A stretch of 64,000 bases of DNA from an uncultured Omnitrophica bacterium (GTDB lineage: Bacteria; Omnitrophota; Gorgyraeia; JACQQV01), in the NCBI GenBank assembly GCA_947085655.1, contig CAMTXH010000006.1, positions 6,498 through 70,497 on the forward strand, given 5' to 3'. The notes beneath the pieces are model-generated. The model was not told the DNA's origin. It searched no databases and worked only from the letters and a program-made list of their open reading frames with translations. The translations under genes and the position numbers were made by a program. Positions 9,430 through 18,399 of the stretch are shown in pieces; the first letter of the stretch is position 1; each line of letters begins with the position of its first letter.

Positions 9430-11378
9430 AGAATTTTCTTCAGTCCCTTTTCAATCCGAAGCGAATCATTCAGTTTGAGCCCCCTTCCCTTCGTCTGAAA
9501 GGTCTTCCGGAGGAGTTCCCGAAACTGGGCCGGCCCTGTCAAAACCACCTGACCGCTCTTGGAGAGTCTCAAAAGGGTTTCGTCCCGCTTGGAATCTTTC
9601 TTCCAGTCCCCCGGCAGAAAAACCAAAACCCGCTCCGCAATCGAAGAGGCCTCGGAGATCATGGAGACACTTTCGCCTGTCACCACGACCAGATCCGAAA
9701 GCCCGAGGATGCCGGGAACAACCCCTTCCGGATTTTCCCGGTTCGCAAGGACGAGAAGTTTGCACCGGGGTTCCTCCTTCCAGGAAGATTCGAAAAGTGC
9801 TTCCGTCTCTTTCGAGGTCCGGCGAGAGGTACTGACCAGAAATTCGAAATTCCCTTTTTTTGCCTCCTCCGTGATCCCTTCCACCATCGCGAGGATGTCC
9901 TCCCGGGACCACCGGACTCCGGCCGTCTCTCCCCCAAAGAGAAGCCCGAGGACGCGTCCCTTTATCTTTCCGATTTTTCCGGAAAGCCGCGACGTTTCAA
10001 ATGCGACCCGTTCCTCGGTTAAAGGATGCGGGGCGCCGGCCGTCGTCACGATATGAGGCGTCGAAGAAGGATGGTCATGTTCCGGGATAATCGCCAGGTC
10101 AAAACGGGAAGCACTCGGAAGGACCGGGTCCATCACCACGACGCTTTTTGCGGCATTATCGAGTGAGAGAATCCGGTTCACCGGCGCAACTGCCGAGCCG
10201 GCTGAAATGACAAAATCGGCGCGGCCCCGGACGAGACGCTCAAAACTCGAGGGGGTCAAGGCAAATTTCAAACATTTCAGGCACCCCTGGCAGCGGCGGT
10301 TCGCCTGAAGACTCAAAGCGGCAGCCCAGAGACGGTGCCACCGACTTTTGAAATGGATGTCAAGTTGCGAAAGCTGCTTGGCTTCTTTCCCTTCCTCTTT
10401 TAGAACTTTTTGAAGAGCCAATCCCACGCCGAGGGACTGATTCAAATGGCCCGCCTTTCCGTCGTTTAAAATCGCGATCTGCCGTGTGGGGCTCGACTTC
10501 CACCGCTTGTGAAGCCAGAGCCACTGGTCCGGGTAATTCCGAATGAATGTTTCAAGGCGATACGCAAACTGCTGCAAACCTTCCCGGATATCCTCTTCTT
10601 CATTCCCGGTTCGCGGGATCCGGAGTGGCTCCGTAATTTCAATGACATGATGCGCTTGATCCGCCTCACGACGGGCAAAACAAGGAATGACTTCGCATCC
10701 GGTTTTAAGCGAAAAGGCGATCGCCCCTTTTGCAAAGGAGGTCGGCCGGCCGAAGAAATTGACAAAGAGACCGTTTTTCCCGGCATCCTGGTCGATGAGC
10801 ATGCCGACGATGCCGTTTGAACGGAGGTGGCGGAGGATTTCCCGCGTCATAAACCCCTTGTGAATCACCCGGCAACCGGTCAATTCCCGGTACCGGTTGA
10901 GAAGTCCGTTCGCCTTCGGAAACCCCTGCTCTCGGGCCAGAACATGGGATGGATAACCCCGTGCCGCGCCAGCGAAACTCTGAAGTTCCCAATTGCCAAG
11001 GTGCGCCGTGAGAGCGACGAGTCCCTTTCCTTTTTTTAAAGCCGCTTCCAACCGGTCAAGCCCCTGAAACGTGACATAACGGTCCAGATAGGCGCGGTTC
11101 ACTTTGGGAAAGCGCAAGATCTCCGCCGCGGTCTGCATGAGATTTTGAAAGATCCGCCGTTTGACTCGGAGAAGTTCCGAAGGACCAAACCGCTCTCCCA
11201 AACAGGCCTTCAGGTTGGCGTAAGCCACCTCCCCCCGACGGGGATAAAACCAAAAGGCCAAATCCCCCACCCGCCGGCCGATCCATAAAACGGCCGGAAG
11301 AGGGAGGATCGAAAAAATCCCCGAAAGAATCTTAGCGGACCGATAAAGTATTGAGTCGCTGAAGGAGTTTGTCTTCAT
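9426..11378 (-). CDS. Fusion of a lipid A late acyltransferase (LpxL/HtrB family) with a C-terminal ELM1/DUF1022-like domain. The start is probably ATG at 11378; the ORF track gives 11459.
   Basis: N-terminal half has the lysophospholipid-acyltransferase motifs (VALTAHLGNWE, GMLIDQDAG). The C-terminal ~330 aa resembles ELM1-like putative glycosyltransferases that are often encoded in LPS loci. Confidence 0.7.
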   Translation of the reverse strand: MKTNSFSDSILYRSAKILSGIFSILPLPAVLWIGRRVGDLAFWFYPRRGEVAYANLKACLGERFGPSELLRVKRRIFQNLMQTAAEILRFPKVNRAYLDRYVTFQGLDRLEAALKKGKGLVALTAHLGNWELQSFAGAARGYPSHVLAREQGFPKANGLLNRYRELTGCRVIHKGFMTREILRHLRSNGIVGMLIDQDAGKNGLFVNFFGRPTSFAKGAIAFSLKTGCEVIPCFARREADQAHHVIEITEPLRIPRTGNEEEDIREGLQQFAYRLETFIRNYPDQWLWLHKRWKSSPTRQIAILNDGKAGHLNQSLGVGLALQKVLKEEGKEAKQLSQLDIHFKSRWHRLWAAALSLQANRRCQGCLKCLKFALTPSSFERLVRGRADFVISAGSAVAPVNRILSLDNAAKSVVVMDPVLPSASRFDLAIIPEHDHPSSTPHIVTTAGAPHPLTEERVAFETSRLSGKIGKIKGRVLGLLFGGETAGVRWSREDILAMVEGITEEAKKGNFEFLVSTSRRTSKETEALFESSWKEEPRCKLLVLANRENPEGVVPGILGLSDLVVVTGESVSMISEASSIAERVLVFLPGDWKKDSKRDETLLRLSKSGQVVLTGPAQFRELLRKTFQTKGRGLKLNDSLRIEKGLKKIL

Positions 11379-12381
11379 GTTGTGTGACGACCAGTTCCAC
11401 TTCGAGGACGGCAAGCGGACTCTTCGGCCAGAGACCAAACGCCTGCAGCCGTTCGACATCCTTTGCCGTCGTGAAAAGGACCTCCCCTCCCAAAGAGCCG
11501 TTCAGCCGGTCCAGTCGCTCCAGATCCCTCCTCCGGTACGGGTGGTGATCCGAAAAGGAAACGGTTCGGAGCGGCTCAATCCCGCATTTCCCGAGCGCCC
11601 GGAAAAAGGAGCCGGGGCTTCCGATCCCGCAGAAGGCAATTCCCCTTTTTTTGCGAAGGTTTTCCAGAGAAAGCGGCTCTTGGGTCCTCGCATCGATAAA
11701 ACCTTTCGGCCTGTGAACCGAGAAAAGGAGCGGAATCCCGGGTGCAAGACGGCTCAACATCTCCTCCAGATGGTGTAAAGTGGCCGGTTCGGTGTCGTCC
11801 GTCCGGGTCAGGACCAAAAGATCCGCCCTCCGGAGGGAAACCGGCTCCTCCCGGAGAATTCCCCGTGGGAGGGTCTTTCCGTTTCCGAAGGGATTGGTCG
11901 CATCGATCAGGACAATATCGAGATCCCGGTGGAGCTTCCGGTATTGAAACCCGTCGTCCAGAATAACCGCATCCATCCGGGATAGGACCGCTTTTTGGGA
12001 AAGCAAGACCCGATTCTTCCCGGCCCAGACTGTGGCTTGCGGAAGCCGGCGCTTCAGCTCCAGCGCCTCATCGGAGAGACCGTTATTCACCGGAAAATAC
12101 GGATGAGTCAACACCGCCACTTTTTTCTGCCGGGAAAGGAGTCTTTGAACCAACCAATGCACAAAGGGAGTTTTGCCGGTCCCCCCCACCGTCAGATTGC
12201 CGACGCTGATAACGGCCAGGGGAAGTCGCTCCGTCCGGAGGAGTCCGATCTTCCGCAAAAGGGATTCCCCTTTCAGAAGCATCCGGTAGATCAAGGAAAG
12301 TACCCAAAGAAAAAGCTTCACAAGTCCCGAAAGGGGACCCCTTCTTTGGTCGGTCATGAGGGAATGGATGTACTGTCTCAT
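11332..12381 (-). CDS. lpxK: Tetraacyldisaccharide 4'-kinase
   Basis: 349 aa with the P-loop ISVGNLTVGGTGKTP characteristic of LpxK. Confidence 0.85.
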   Translation of the reverse strand: MRQYIHSLMTDQRRGPLSGLVKLFLWVLSLIYRMLLKGESLLRKIGLLRTERLPLAVISVGNLTVGGTGKTPFVHWLVQRLLSRQKKVAVLTHPYFPVNNGLSDEALELKRRLPQATVWAGKNRVLLSQKAVLSRMDAVILDDGFQYRKLHRDLDIVLIDATNPFGNGKTLPRGILREEPVSLRRADLLVLTRTDDTEPATLHHLEEMLSRLAPGIPLLFSVHRPKGFIDARTQEPLSLENLRKKRGIAFCGIGSPGSFFRALGKCGIEPLRTVSFSDHHPYRRRDLERLDRLNGSLGGEVLFTTAKDVERLQAFGLWPKSPLAVLEVELVVTQHEDKLLQRLNTLSVR

Positions 12382-13637
12382 CTGGATGACAAAAACGGCT
12401 CAAGATGCAAAAGGTGCCGCTGAACGACTCCCTGCTGGGAAAGGATCAGCATTCTCGCCTTTTCTCCGAGCCGCCGGCTCAGCGCACGATCCCGAAGAAG
12501 AGAATCGGCCGCCTCCTTGAGGGATGTCCGGTCATGCACCTTGAGCGCCGCCTCTCCATCCAAAAAAAGTTTCACGATATCCCGGAAATTCTCCATATGG
12601 GGTCCGAAAAGAATCGGTTTTCCGAAAAAGGCCGGCTCGAGGAGATTTTGTCCCCCCCGCCGGACCAGACTTCCGCCGATAAAGACAAAGTCGGCCGCCG
12701 CATACATCGAACGGAGTTGGCCCACCGTGTCCAGAACCAAAACCGAACGCTCCCGGCTCCGCCCGCCGTTTTCCGAAATAAGAACCGCCTTTTGACGGAA
12801 TCCGTCGATGAGCCGGGCCACTTCCTTTGCCCGTTCCGGATGGCGGGGTGCGATCAAAAGCCGAAGATCCGGATGTCTTTGAGTCAAATCGCCGTACGCC
12901 TCAAGCAGAAACCGTTCCTCGCCCGGATGGGTACTCCCCGCCACCCAAAGTCTTTCATGACTTTTCAGGCCGAGCCGCCCGCGGATGCCGGAGGCGGACT
13001 CCCCTCCGGAATAAGCGACGTCGAATTTCATATTTCCGACGGTAAAAACTTTTCCGGAAGGGGCGCCGAGTCTTTGGACCCGCTCGGCATCCTCGGGGTA
13101 TTGCATACAAAAAAGATCGATCCCTTGAAGCGGTCTGCGAAGCGCCCACCGGATCCGGCGGTACCGGTTAAAGGATCTTGTCGAAATCCTCCCGTTCAGA
13201 AGAAAAACCGGAATGTCCCCTTCTTTCAAAACCAGGATGAGCGCCGGCCAGATCTCCGTCTCCATGGTGGCAAAAAAATCGGGCCTCAGTCTCCGAACCG
13301 CTCGGCGGAGGATTCCGGTGAAATTCAACGGAAAGTAAAAAAGAAGATCCTCCCCTTGCCGCATCTTTTCCAGAACCGTTCGACCGGTCCGGGTGGTGGT
13401 GGAAAAAGCAAACTGCAATCCGGGATGACGCTTCCGGATTTCATCGATCAGGGAACGGGCGGCGAGTGCCTCGCCCAAGGAGACGGCATGGAGCCAGAAA
13501 CAGGGTTGGGTCCCCTCCCGCTTCGGAACCCGTCCGAACCGCTCGCCCAGATGATCGGTTGCTTTCTTCTTGAGCAAGAAGACCGGAAGGTACCCGAGAC
13601 AAAACAACAAAAAAACTGCATTATACAGAAAATTCAT
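12378..13637 (-). CDS. waaA: 3-deoxy-D-manno-octulosonic acid (Kdo) transferase
   Basis: 419 aa. WLHAVSLGEALAARSLI is the KdtA N-terminal signature, followed by a GT-B C-terminal domain. Confidence 0.85.
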   Translation of the reverse strand: MNFLYNAVFLLFCLGYLPVFLLKKKATDHLGERFGRVPKREGTQPCFWLHAVSLGEALAARSLIDEIRKRHPGLQFAFSTTTRTGRTVLEKMRQGEDLLFYFPLNFTGILRRAVRRLRPDFFATMETEIWPALILVLKEGDIPVFLLNGRISTRSFNRYRRIRWALRRPLQGIDLFCMQYPEDAERVQRLGAPSGKVFTVGNMKFDVAYSGGESASGIRGRLGLKSHERLWVAGSTHPGEERFLLEAYGDLTQRHPDLRLLIAPRHPERAKEVARLIDGFRQKAVLISENGGRSRERSVLVLDTVGQLRSMYAAADFVFIGGSLVRRGGQNLLEPAFFGKPILFGPHMENFRDIVKLFLDGEAALKVHDRTSLKEAADSLLRDRALSRRLGEKARMLILSQQGVVQRHLLHLEPFLSSR

Positions 13638-13646
13638 TTCGGTTTC

Positions 13647-14516
13647 TCATGCGCGCGGATGTGCCTTTGCATAAACTTTCTTCAGCCGCTCAGCCGTGAC
13701 ATGCGTATAGATCTGGGTTGTGGAAAGATTCTGGTGTCCCAACAATTCCTGAACCGACCGGAGGTCCGCCCCCCGGTCCAAAAGGTGTGTGGCAAAGGAA
13801 TGGCGGAGGGTGTGCGGGGAAATATGATGCTCAAAACTTGACCGCTTGATCGCCCGGTCCAAAACCCTCCGCACGCTCCGGTCGGTCAGCCGGCCGCCCT
13901 GTTTGTTCACAAAAAGAACCTGGGAATCCCTTCGCTGTGATTTCTTCCGGGCTCCCAGATAGGTGTGAATGGAGCGGAGGGCCGGCTCGCCGATCGGCGA
14001 AAGACGCTCCTTCTTTCCCTTCCCGGCCACCTTCACCACCCCACCGATGAAATCGATATGGGAGATGTCGAGTTTTGTCAATTCACTCACCCGGAGTCCG
14101 GAACTGTAAAGAGTCTCCAGGATCGCCCGGTCACGGAGATCCTGCACCGCCTCCCCCGGAAATCGCAAAAGATTCATCACCTCTTCCACGCCGAGTATTT
14201 TCGGCAGCCGTTTCTCCTGCTTGGGGGTCCGGAGAACGAGGACCGGATTGACTTTCAGATAACCTTCGCGGCAGAGGAATTTAAAAAAGGAACGGAGGGA
14301 GGAGAGTTTTCTGGCGACAGTGACTTTCCGGAACCCCTTGGCTTTCAACTCCACCAAAAAGCGGCGGAGGAGTAGAAGGTCCACCTTCTCAACCGGAATC
14401 TCCCCGGCGAAGCGGTGGAACGCCTCAAGGTCCGACCGGTAGGAAACCAGGGTATAAGCGGAGGCATTCTTCTCATATTCCAGATAGCGAAGGAACTTTT
14501 CGATGTAACGTTTCAC
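13647..14516 (-). CDS. xerC: Tyrosine site-specific recombinase XerC/XerD
   Basis: 289 aa. N-terminal SAM-like domain. C-terminal catalytic motifs: R...HTLRHSFATHLL...GHQNLSTTQIYTHV. Confidence 0.8.
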   Translation of the reverse strand: MKRYIEKFLRYLEYEKNASAYTLVSYRSDLEAFHRFAGEIPVEKVDLLLLRRFLVELKAKGFRKVTVARKLSSLRSFFKFLCREGYLKVNPVLVLRTPKQEKRLPKILGVEEVMNLLRFPGEAVQDLRDRAILETLYSSGLRVSELTKLDISHIDFIGGVVKVAGKGKKERLSPIGEPALRSIHTYLGARKKSQRRDSQVLFVNKQGGRLTDRSVRRVLDRAIKRSSFEHHISPHTLRHSFATHLLDRGADLRSVQELLGHQNLSTTQIYTHVTAERLKKVYAKAHPRA

Positions 14517-16720
14517 GACTCAACGTGTTCTCCTTCCGTCGGCTTGTCATCCGCGGCCGGGAGGCGATTCGTCGTATAGGTGCATTTCGGATAGCGGATG
14601 CATCCGTAGAAAAACTGTCCTCTTCTGGAGCGCCGCCCGACCAGTTCCCCGTCACATCCCGGGCTCGAGCAGGCAATGCCGGTGGTGATGGAACGGGCGT
14701 TTTTGCATTCCGGAAAACCGGCACAGCTCAGGAACTTCCCTGAGCGGCCCCATTTGATGACCATCGGCCGGCCGCATTTCTCACAGCGTTCATCCGTCTC
14801 AATCACTTCCTTTTTAATCTTGGTTGAGGCCTGACTCAGGCGTTCCGCAAAAGGGGGATAAAACTTTTTCAGAACATCCACCCAGGCAATCCGGCCCTCC
14901 TCGATTTCGTCCAGCTCCTCCTCCATCGTCGCGGTAAATTTCACATCGAGAATTTTCGGAAAATGCTGGGTGAGAAGTTCCGTCACCAGATTCCCGAGTT
15001 CCGTCGGAACCAGACTCCCCTTTTCCCGGCGGACATAATCGCGGGTGATGATCGTCTGCAGAGTCGGGGCATAGGTACTGGGCCGCCCGATTCCCAATTC
15101 CTCAAGGGCTTTGACCAGCGACCCTTCCGTATACCGGGGAGGGGGCTTGGTAAAATGCTGGCTCGGCAGAAATTCGTGAAAATTCAGCCGTTCCCCGACG
15201 GTGAGTGGGGGAAGGAGTTTGCCCTTTTCCTCCTCCTCGTCGATCGCATACACAGAGAGAAATCCGGGGAAAAGGCACCTCTGGTGGGAAGCGCGGAAGA
15301 GGGCATTGGCACAAGACACATCAACGGAGAGGATTTCAAAACGGGCTTTTTCCATCTGACTCGCCACAAACCGGTTGAAGATAAGGCGGTATAATTTGTA
15401 CTGATCCCCCGTCAAATAGGACTTCATCGCATCCGGCTCCCGGAAGGCGGAGGTCGGGCGGATCGCTTCGTGCGCCTCTTGGGCCGTTTTTTTGGAGCGG
15501 TACCGGTTGGGGGCCTTCGGAACGTAATCATTCCCGTACTTTTTGCCGATATACTCCCTCACCTGCCGGATCGCCCCCTCGCTCACCCGGACCGAATCGG
15601 TCCGCATATACGTAATCAGACCGGTCGTTTCCTCCTTCCCGATGTCCAACCCCTCATAGAGCTGCTGGGCAATCCGCATCGTCCGTGCGGCTGAAAAGTG
15701 GAGTTTGTTGAATGCATCCTGCTGGAGTTTACTGGTGGTAAAGGGGGCTTGGGAGGATTTGTTCTTTTCGCTCTTCCGGACATCCTTCACCACAAACGGC
15801 TCTTTTTCCAGTTTTTTGATGAGCGCATCCACTAATTCTTTGGAGGGAAGTTCCGCCTTCTGGTCGTCCAATTTCTCGAGTTTCGCGGTGAAATCCTGCT
15901 TCGGTGATTTGGGAGAGGAAAGACGCGCCTCGAGTTCCCAATATTCCTTAGACACAAAGGCCTGAATCTCTTTTTCCCGGTCCACCACCAGACGGACCGC
16001 CACCGACTGAACCCGCCCCGCACTCAACCCCTTCCCGACTTTCTTCCAGAGAAGGGGACTCAAACTGTATCCGACGATTCGGTCCAGAACGCGTCTCGCC
16101 TGCTGGGCGTCCACCTTTTTGGGGTCGATTTCGCTCGGATGCTCGAAGGCCTCCATCACCGCCTCCCGGGTAATCTCATGGAAGACCACCCGGTAAATCT
16201 TTTTGGAGTCTCCCAGAAAGTTTTTCAGATGCCAGGAGATCGCCTCTCCTTCCCGGTCCGGGTCCGGTGCGAGGTAAATCGCCTCCATGGTCTTGGCTTC
16301 CTTTTTCAAATCGTTCAGGAGTTTTTTCTTTCCCTTGATGACGACGTATTTCGGCTCAAAGTCCTTTTCGATATCCACCCCCATGGAACTGGTCGGAAGG
16401 TCCATCACATGCCCCATCGAAGGACGGATAACGTACTGATCCCCCAAGATATGATGGATGGTCCGGGATTTGGCGGGAGACTCCACGATGACAAGGAATT
16501 TCTTCGGCGCACCGCCGCCGATTAAATGGACGATTTCGACTTCGTCATTTTCGCTCAGAAGCTTCGCCGGGTAAGTCTCTTTCAGGAGGATATCCTGATT
16601 CAACTCGACGACCACCCGCCGGGGATCGATGGAAAGTTCTTCAAGAAGAGCCGCCACCGAAAGCCCTTTCGGCATCTTTTTGAACTCTCCGTTGATCTTC
16701 AGGGTGACGAATTCGTTCAT
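14513..16720 (-). CDS. topA: DNA topoisomerase I with an in-frame N-terminal ThiS/MoaD-like ubiquitin-fold domain (~70 aa ending GGG)
   Basis: Residues ~75-735 are TopA: Toprim motif LVIVESPAKSRTI and C-terminal zinc ribbons. Residues 1-72 (VTLKINGEFKKMPKGLSVAALLEELSIDPRRVVVELNQDILLKETYPAKLLSENDEVEIVHLIGGG) match ThiS. No stop or alternative start separates the two parts in the sequence. Confidence 0.8.
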   Translation of the reverse strand: MNEFVTLKINGEFKKMPKGLSVAALLEELSIDPRRVVVELNQDILLKETYPAKLLSENDEVEIVHLIGGGAPKKFLVIVESPAKSRTIHHILGDQYVIRPSMGHVMDLPTSSMGVDIEKDFEPKYVVIKGKKKLLNDLKKEAKTMEAIYLAPDPDREGEAISWHLKNFLGDSKKIYRVVFHEITREAVMEAFEHPSEIDPKKVDAQQARRVLDRIVGYSLSPLLWKKVGKGLSAGRVQSVAVRLVVDREKEIQAFVSKEYWELEARLSSPKSPKQDFTAKLEKLDDQKAELPSKELVDALIKKLEKEPFVVKDVRKSEKNKSSQAPFTTSKLQQDAFNKLHFSAARTMRIAQQLYEGLDIGKEETTGLITYMRTDSVRVSEGAIRQVREYIGKKYGNDYVPKAPNRYRSKKTAQEAHEAIRPTSAFREPDAMKSYLTGDQYKLYRLIFNRFVASQMEKARFEILSVDVSCANALFRASHQRCLFPGFLSVYAIDEEEEKGKLLPPLTVGERLNFHEFLPSQHFTKPPPRYTEGSLVKALEELGIGRPSTYAPTLQTIITRDYVRREKGSLVPTELGNLVTELLTQHFPKILDVKFTATMEEELDEIEEGRIAWVDVLKKFYPPFAERLSQASTKIKKEVIETDERCEKCGRPMVIKWGRSGKFLSCAGFPECKNARSITTGIACSSPGCDGELVGRRSRRGQFFYGCIRYPKCTYTTNRLPAADDKPTEGEHVES

Positions 16721-17805
16721 TTTCTTGCGTAGTGTCTCCCGGGATAGGTTCGGACCAGATGTTTCACTTCAAGTTGTAAAAGCGCCGCAAGGGTCTCCTT
16801 TGCGGAAAGTTGGGCCTCCTCCACAATGGCATCAATCGATTTTGGGAGTTCCGAAAGAACCTCATAGACCACCTCTTCCTCCTGTGAAAGAGGGGGCAGC
16901 GACTTGACGAGTGTTTCCTTCCCGGTCTCCCGGGCAATCGGCACTTTCAACTCTTCCAGAATATCGGTCAGATCCTGAACCAGCGTGGCTCCCTCCCGAA
17001 TCAACCGGTGGGTCCCCCGGGAAAGAGGAGAATCAATCCGTCCGGGAATGGCAAAGACCTCCCGCCCCTGCTCCGCGGCACAATGGGCGGTAATCAACGC
17101 CCCGCTTTTCTCATCCGCCTCTACCACCAACACCCCGAGAGAAAGTCCGCTGATGAGGCGGTTTCGTTGGGGGAAATGTTGAGAAAGAGGGGGCGAGGAC
17201 ATCGGAAATTCGCTTATGAGTGCACCGTGTTGTGAGACTTCCTTGACCAGGGAGCGGTTTTCGGGAGGATAAATGCTTGAAAGTCCGCTTCCCAAAACCG
17301 CCACCGTTCTTCCGCCGGCAGAGAGGGCTCCCTGATGGGCAGCGGTATCGACCCCGCGGGCAAAGCCGGAGACAACCAAAAAACCGTATCCGGTGATCTC
17401 CCGGGCAATCCGTTCGGCCATCTCCAATCCGTACGGCGTCGCCCTCCGGGAGCCGACAATGGCAAGGGCAAGCCGGTCGTCCGACTGCAGACCTCCCTTG
17501 AGGTAAAGAACAACCGGGAAATCGTGGATTTCCTTGAGGGCCTTCGGATACCTCTCATCCTGAAACGTGATCAGAATAACCCCTTCTTTCTCAATGAGGT
17601 CCAGCTCCTCTTTCAGCATCCCTCCCCGCGGCGCTTCAAGGACCGCATGGACGAGCGATTCGGAGAGTCCGAACCGGGTCAGTTTTTCGGCCGATGCTCC
17701 GAAAAGGTCTTCGGCCGAACCGACATGGGATAAAAGAGAGCGGATCCGGACCGGACCGAGTCCCTCAATCAAATTCAGGAGAATCAGCGCTTCCGTTTCA
17801 TTCAT
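16717..17805 (-). CDS. dprA: DNA-processing protein A (DprA/Smf)
   Basis: 362 aa with a Rossmann-like DprA core (GFARGVDTAAHQGAL...). Confidence 0.8.
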   Translation of the reverse strand: MNETEALILLNLIEGLGPVRIRSLLSHVGSAEDLFGASAEKLTRFGLSESLVHAVLEAPRGGMLKEELDLIEKEGVILITFQDERYPKALKEIHDFPVVLYLKGGLQSDDRLALAIVGSRRATPYGLEMAERIAREITGYGFLVVSGFARGVDTAAHQGALSAGGRTVAVLGSGLSSIYPPENRSLVKEVSQHGALISEFPMSSPPLSQHFPQRNRLISGLSLGVLVVEADEKSGALITAHCAAEQGREVFAIPGRIDSPLSRGTHRLIREGATLVQDLTDILEELKVPIARETGKETLVKSLPPLSQEEEVVYEVLSELPKSIDAIVEEAQLSAKETLAALLQLEVKHLVRTYPGRHYARK

Positions 17806-18313
17806 GCTTTTGCCCTTCGAGACGCCGGATGATTTCGGAGACGACCTCCTCCACCGTCAAATGGTCCGTCTCAACCTGAAAATCGGCCTTCCCGTAGAAC
17901 GGCTTCCGTTCCTTCAGAATCCGCTCAATCGCCGCGGCCGGGTCGGAGACATTCAAAAGGGGTCTGTGGCGGTGATCCTTGACCCGCTCATAAATCACGG
18001 CCGGGCTTGCCGAAAGCGCGACGACCGGCCCATTTTGCTTCAGCGTCTTCAGATTTTCTTCCTTCAAAACAACCCCCCCGCCGCAGTCAATCACCACATT
18101 CTCCATCCGGGCCGCCTTTTTCACCATCTCGGATTCGACCTTCCGGAAATAGGGTTCTCCGTCTTGTTTGAAAAGGTCGTGAATCGATTTCTTCTCCCGC
18201 TCGACAATCAAATCATCCGTGGAAATAACGCTCTTTTTGAGCCGCTTTGCAAGCATCTGCGCGACAACGCTCTTTCCGGTTCCCATGAACCCGACGATGG
18301 CAATGTTACCCAT
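17798..18313 (-). CDS. aroK: Shikimate kinase
   Basis: MGNIAIVGFMGTGKSVVAQMLAKRL P-loop. ATG at 18313 is preferred over the upstream GTG at 18343. Confidence 0.8.
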   Translation of the reverse strand: MGNIAIVGFMGTGKSVVAQMLAKRLKKSVISTDDLIVEREKKSIHDLFKQDGEPYFRKVESEMVKKAARMENVVIDCGGGVVLKEENLKTLKQNGPVVALSASPAVIYERVKDHRHRPLLNVSDPAAAIERILKERKPFYGKADFQVETDHLTVEEVVSEIIRRLEGQKHE

Positions 18314-18330
18314 ATCCAAACCCGCCTTTA

Positions 18331-18399
18331 TCACGTTAGTCACGTTAGGGACAGTCCCCCCGCAGAAGTGACTCGTAGAAGCGTAAGGGGGACAGTCCC
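18331..18399. repeat. Palindromic repeat locus: tandem TCACGTTAG x2, GGGACAGTCCC, a 30-nt spacer, GGGACAGTCCC
   Basis: Exactly fills the aroC-aroK intergenic gap. The terminal unit overlaps the aroC TAG stop. Confidence 0.7.

Noticed and set aside
12327-12345. An additional GTCCCGAAAGGGGAC match to the palindromic repeat family
   Set aside because: The half-sites are in the opposite order (GTCCC...GGGAC), and the match lies inside the waaA/lpxK coding overlap. It is probably coincidental.
12405-13841. 478-aa plus-strand ORF
   Set aside because: It is antisense to waaA and xerC and has no recognisable domain. It is an antisense artefact of high GC content. The same reasoning rejects the plus-strand ORFs at 21207-22742, 40016-41299, 47536-49302, 59034-60254, 60267-61163 and 61012-62019.
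13647-14516. XerC/D-type recombinase as a marker of an integrated mobile element or genomic island
   Set aside because: It sits in a conserved housekeeping neighbourhood (waaA, topA, dprA). There is no flanking tRNA, no direct repeats and no shift in composition. It is read as the chromosomal dimer-resolution recombinase.
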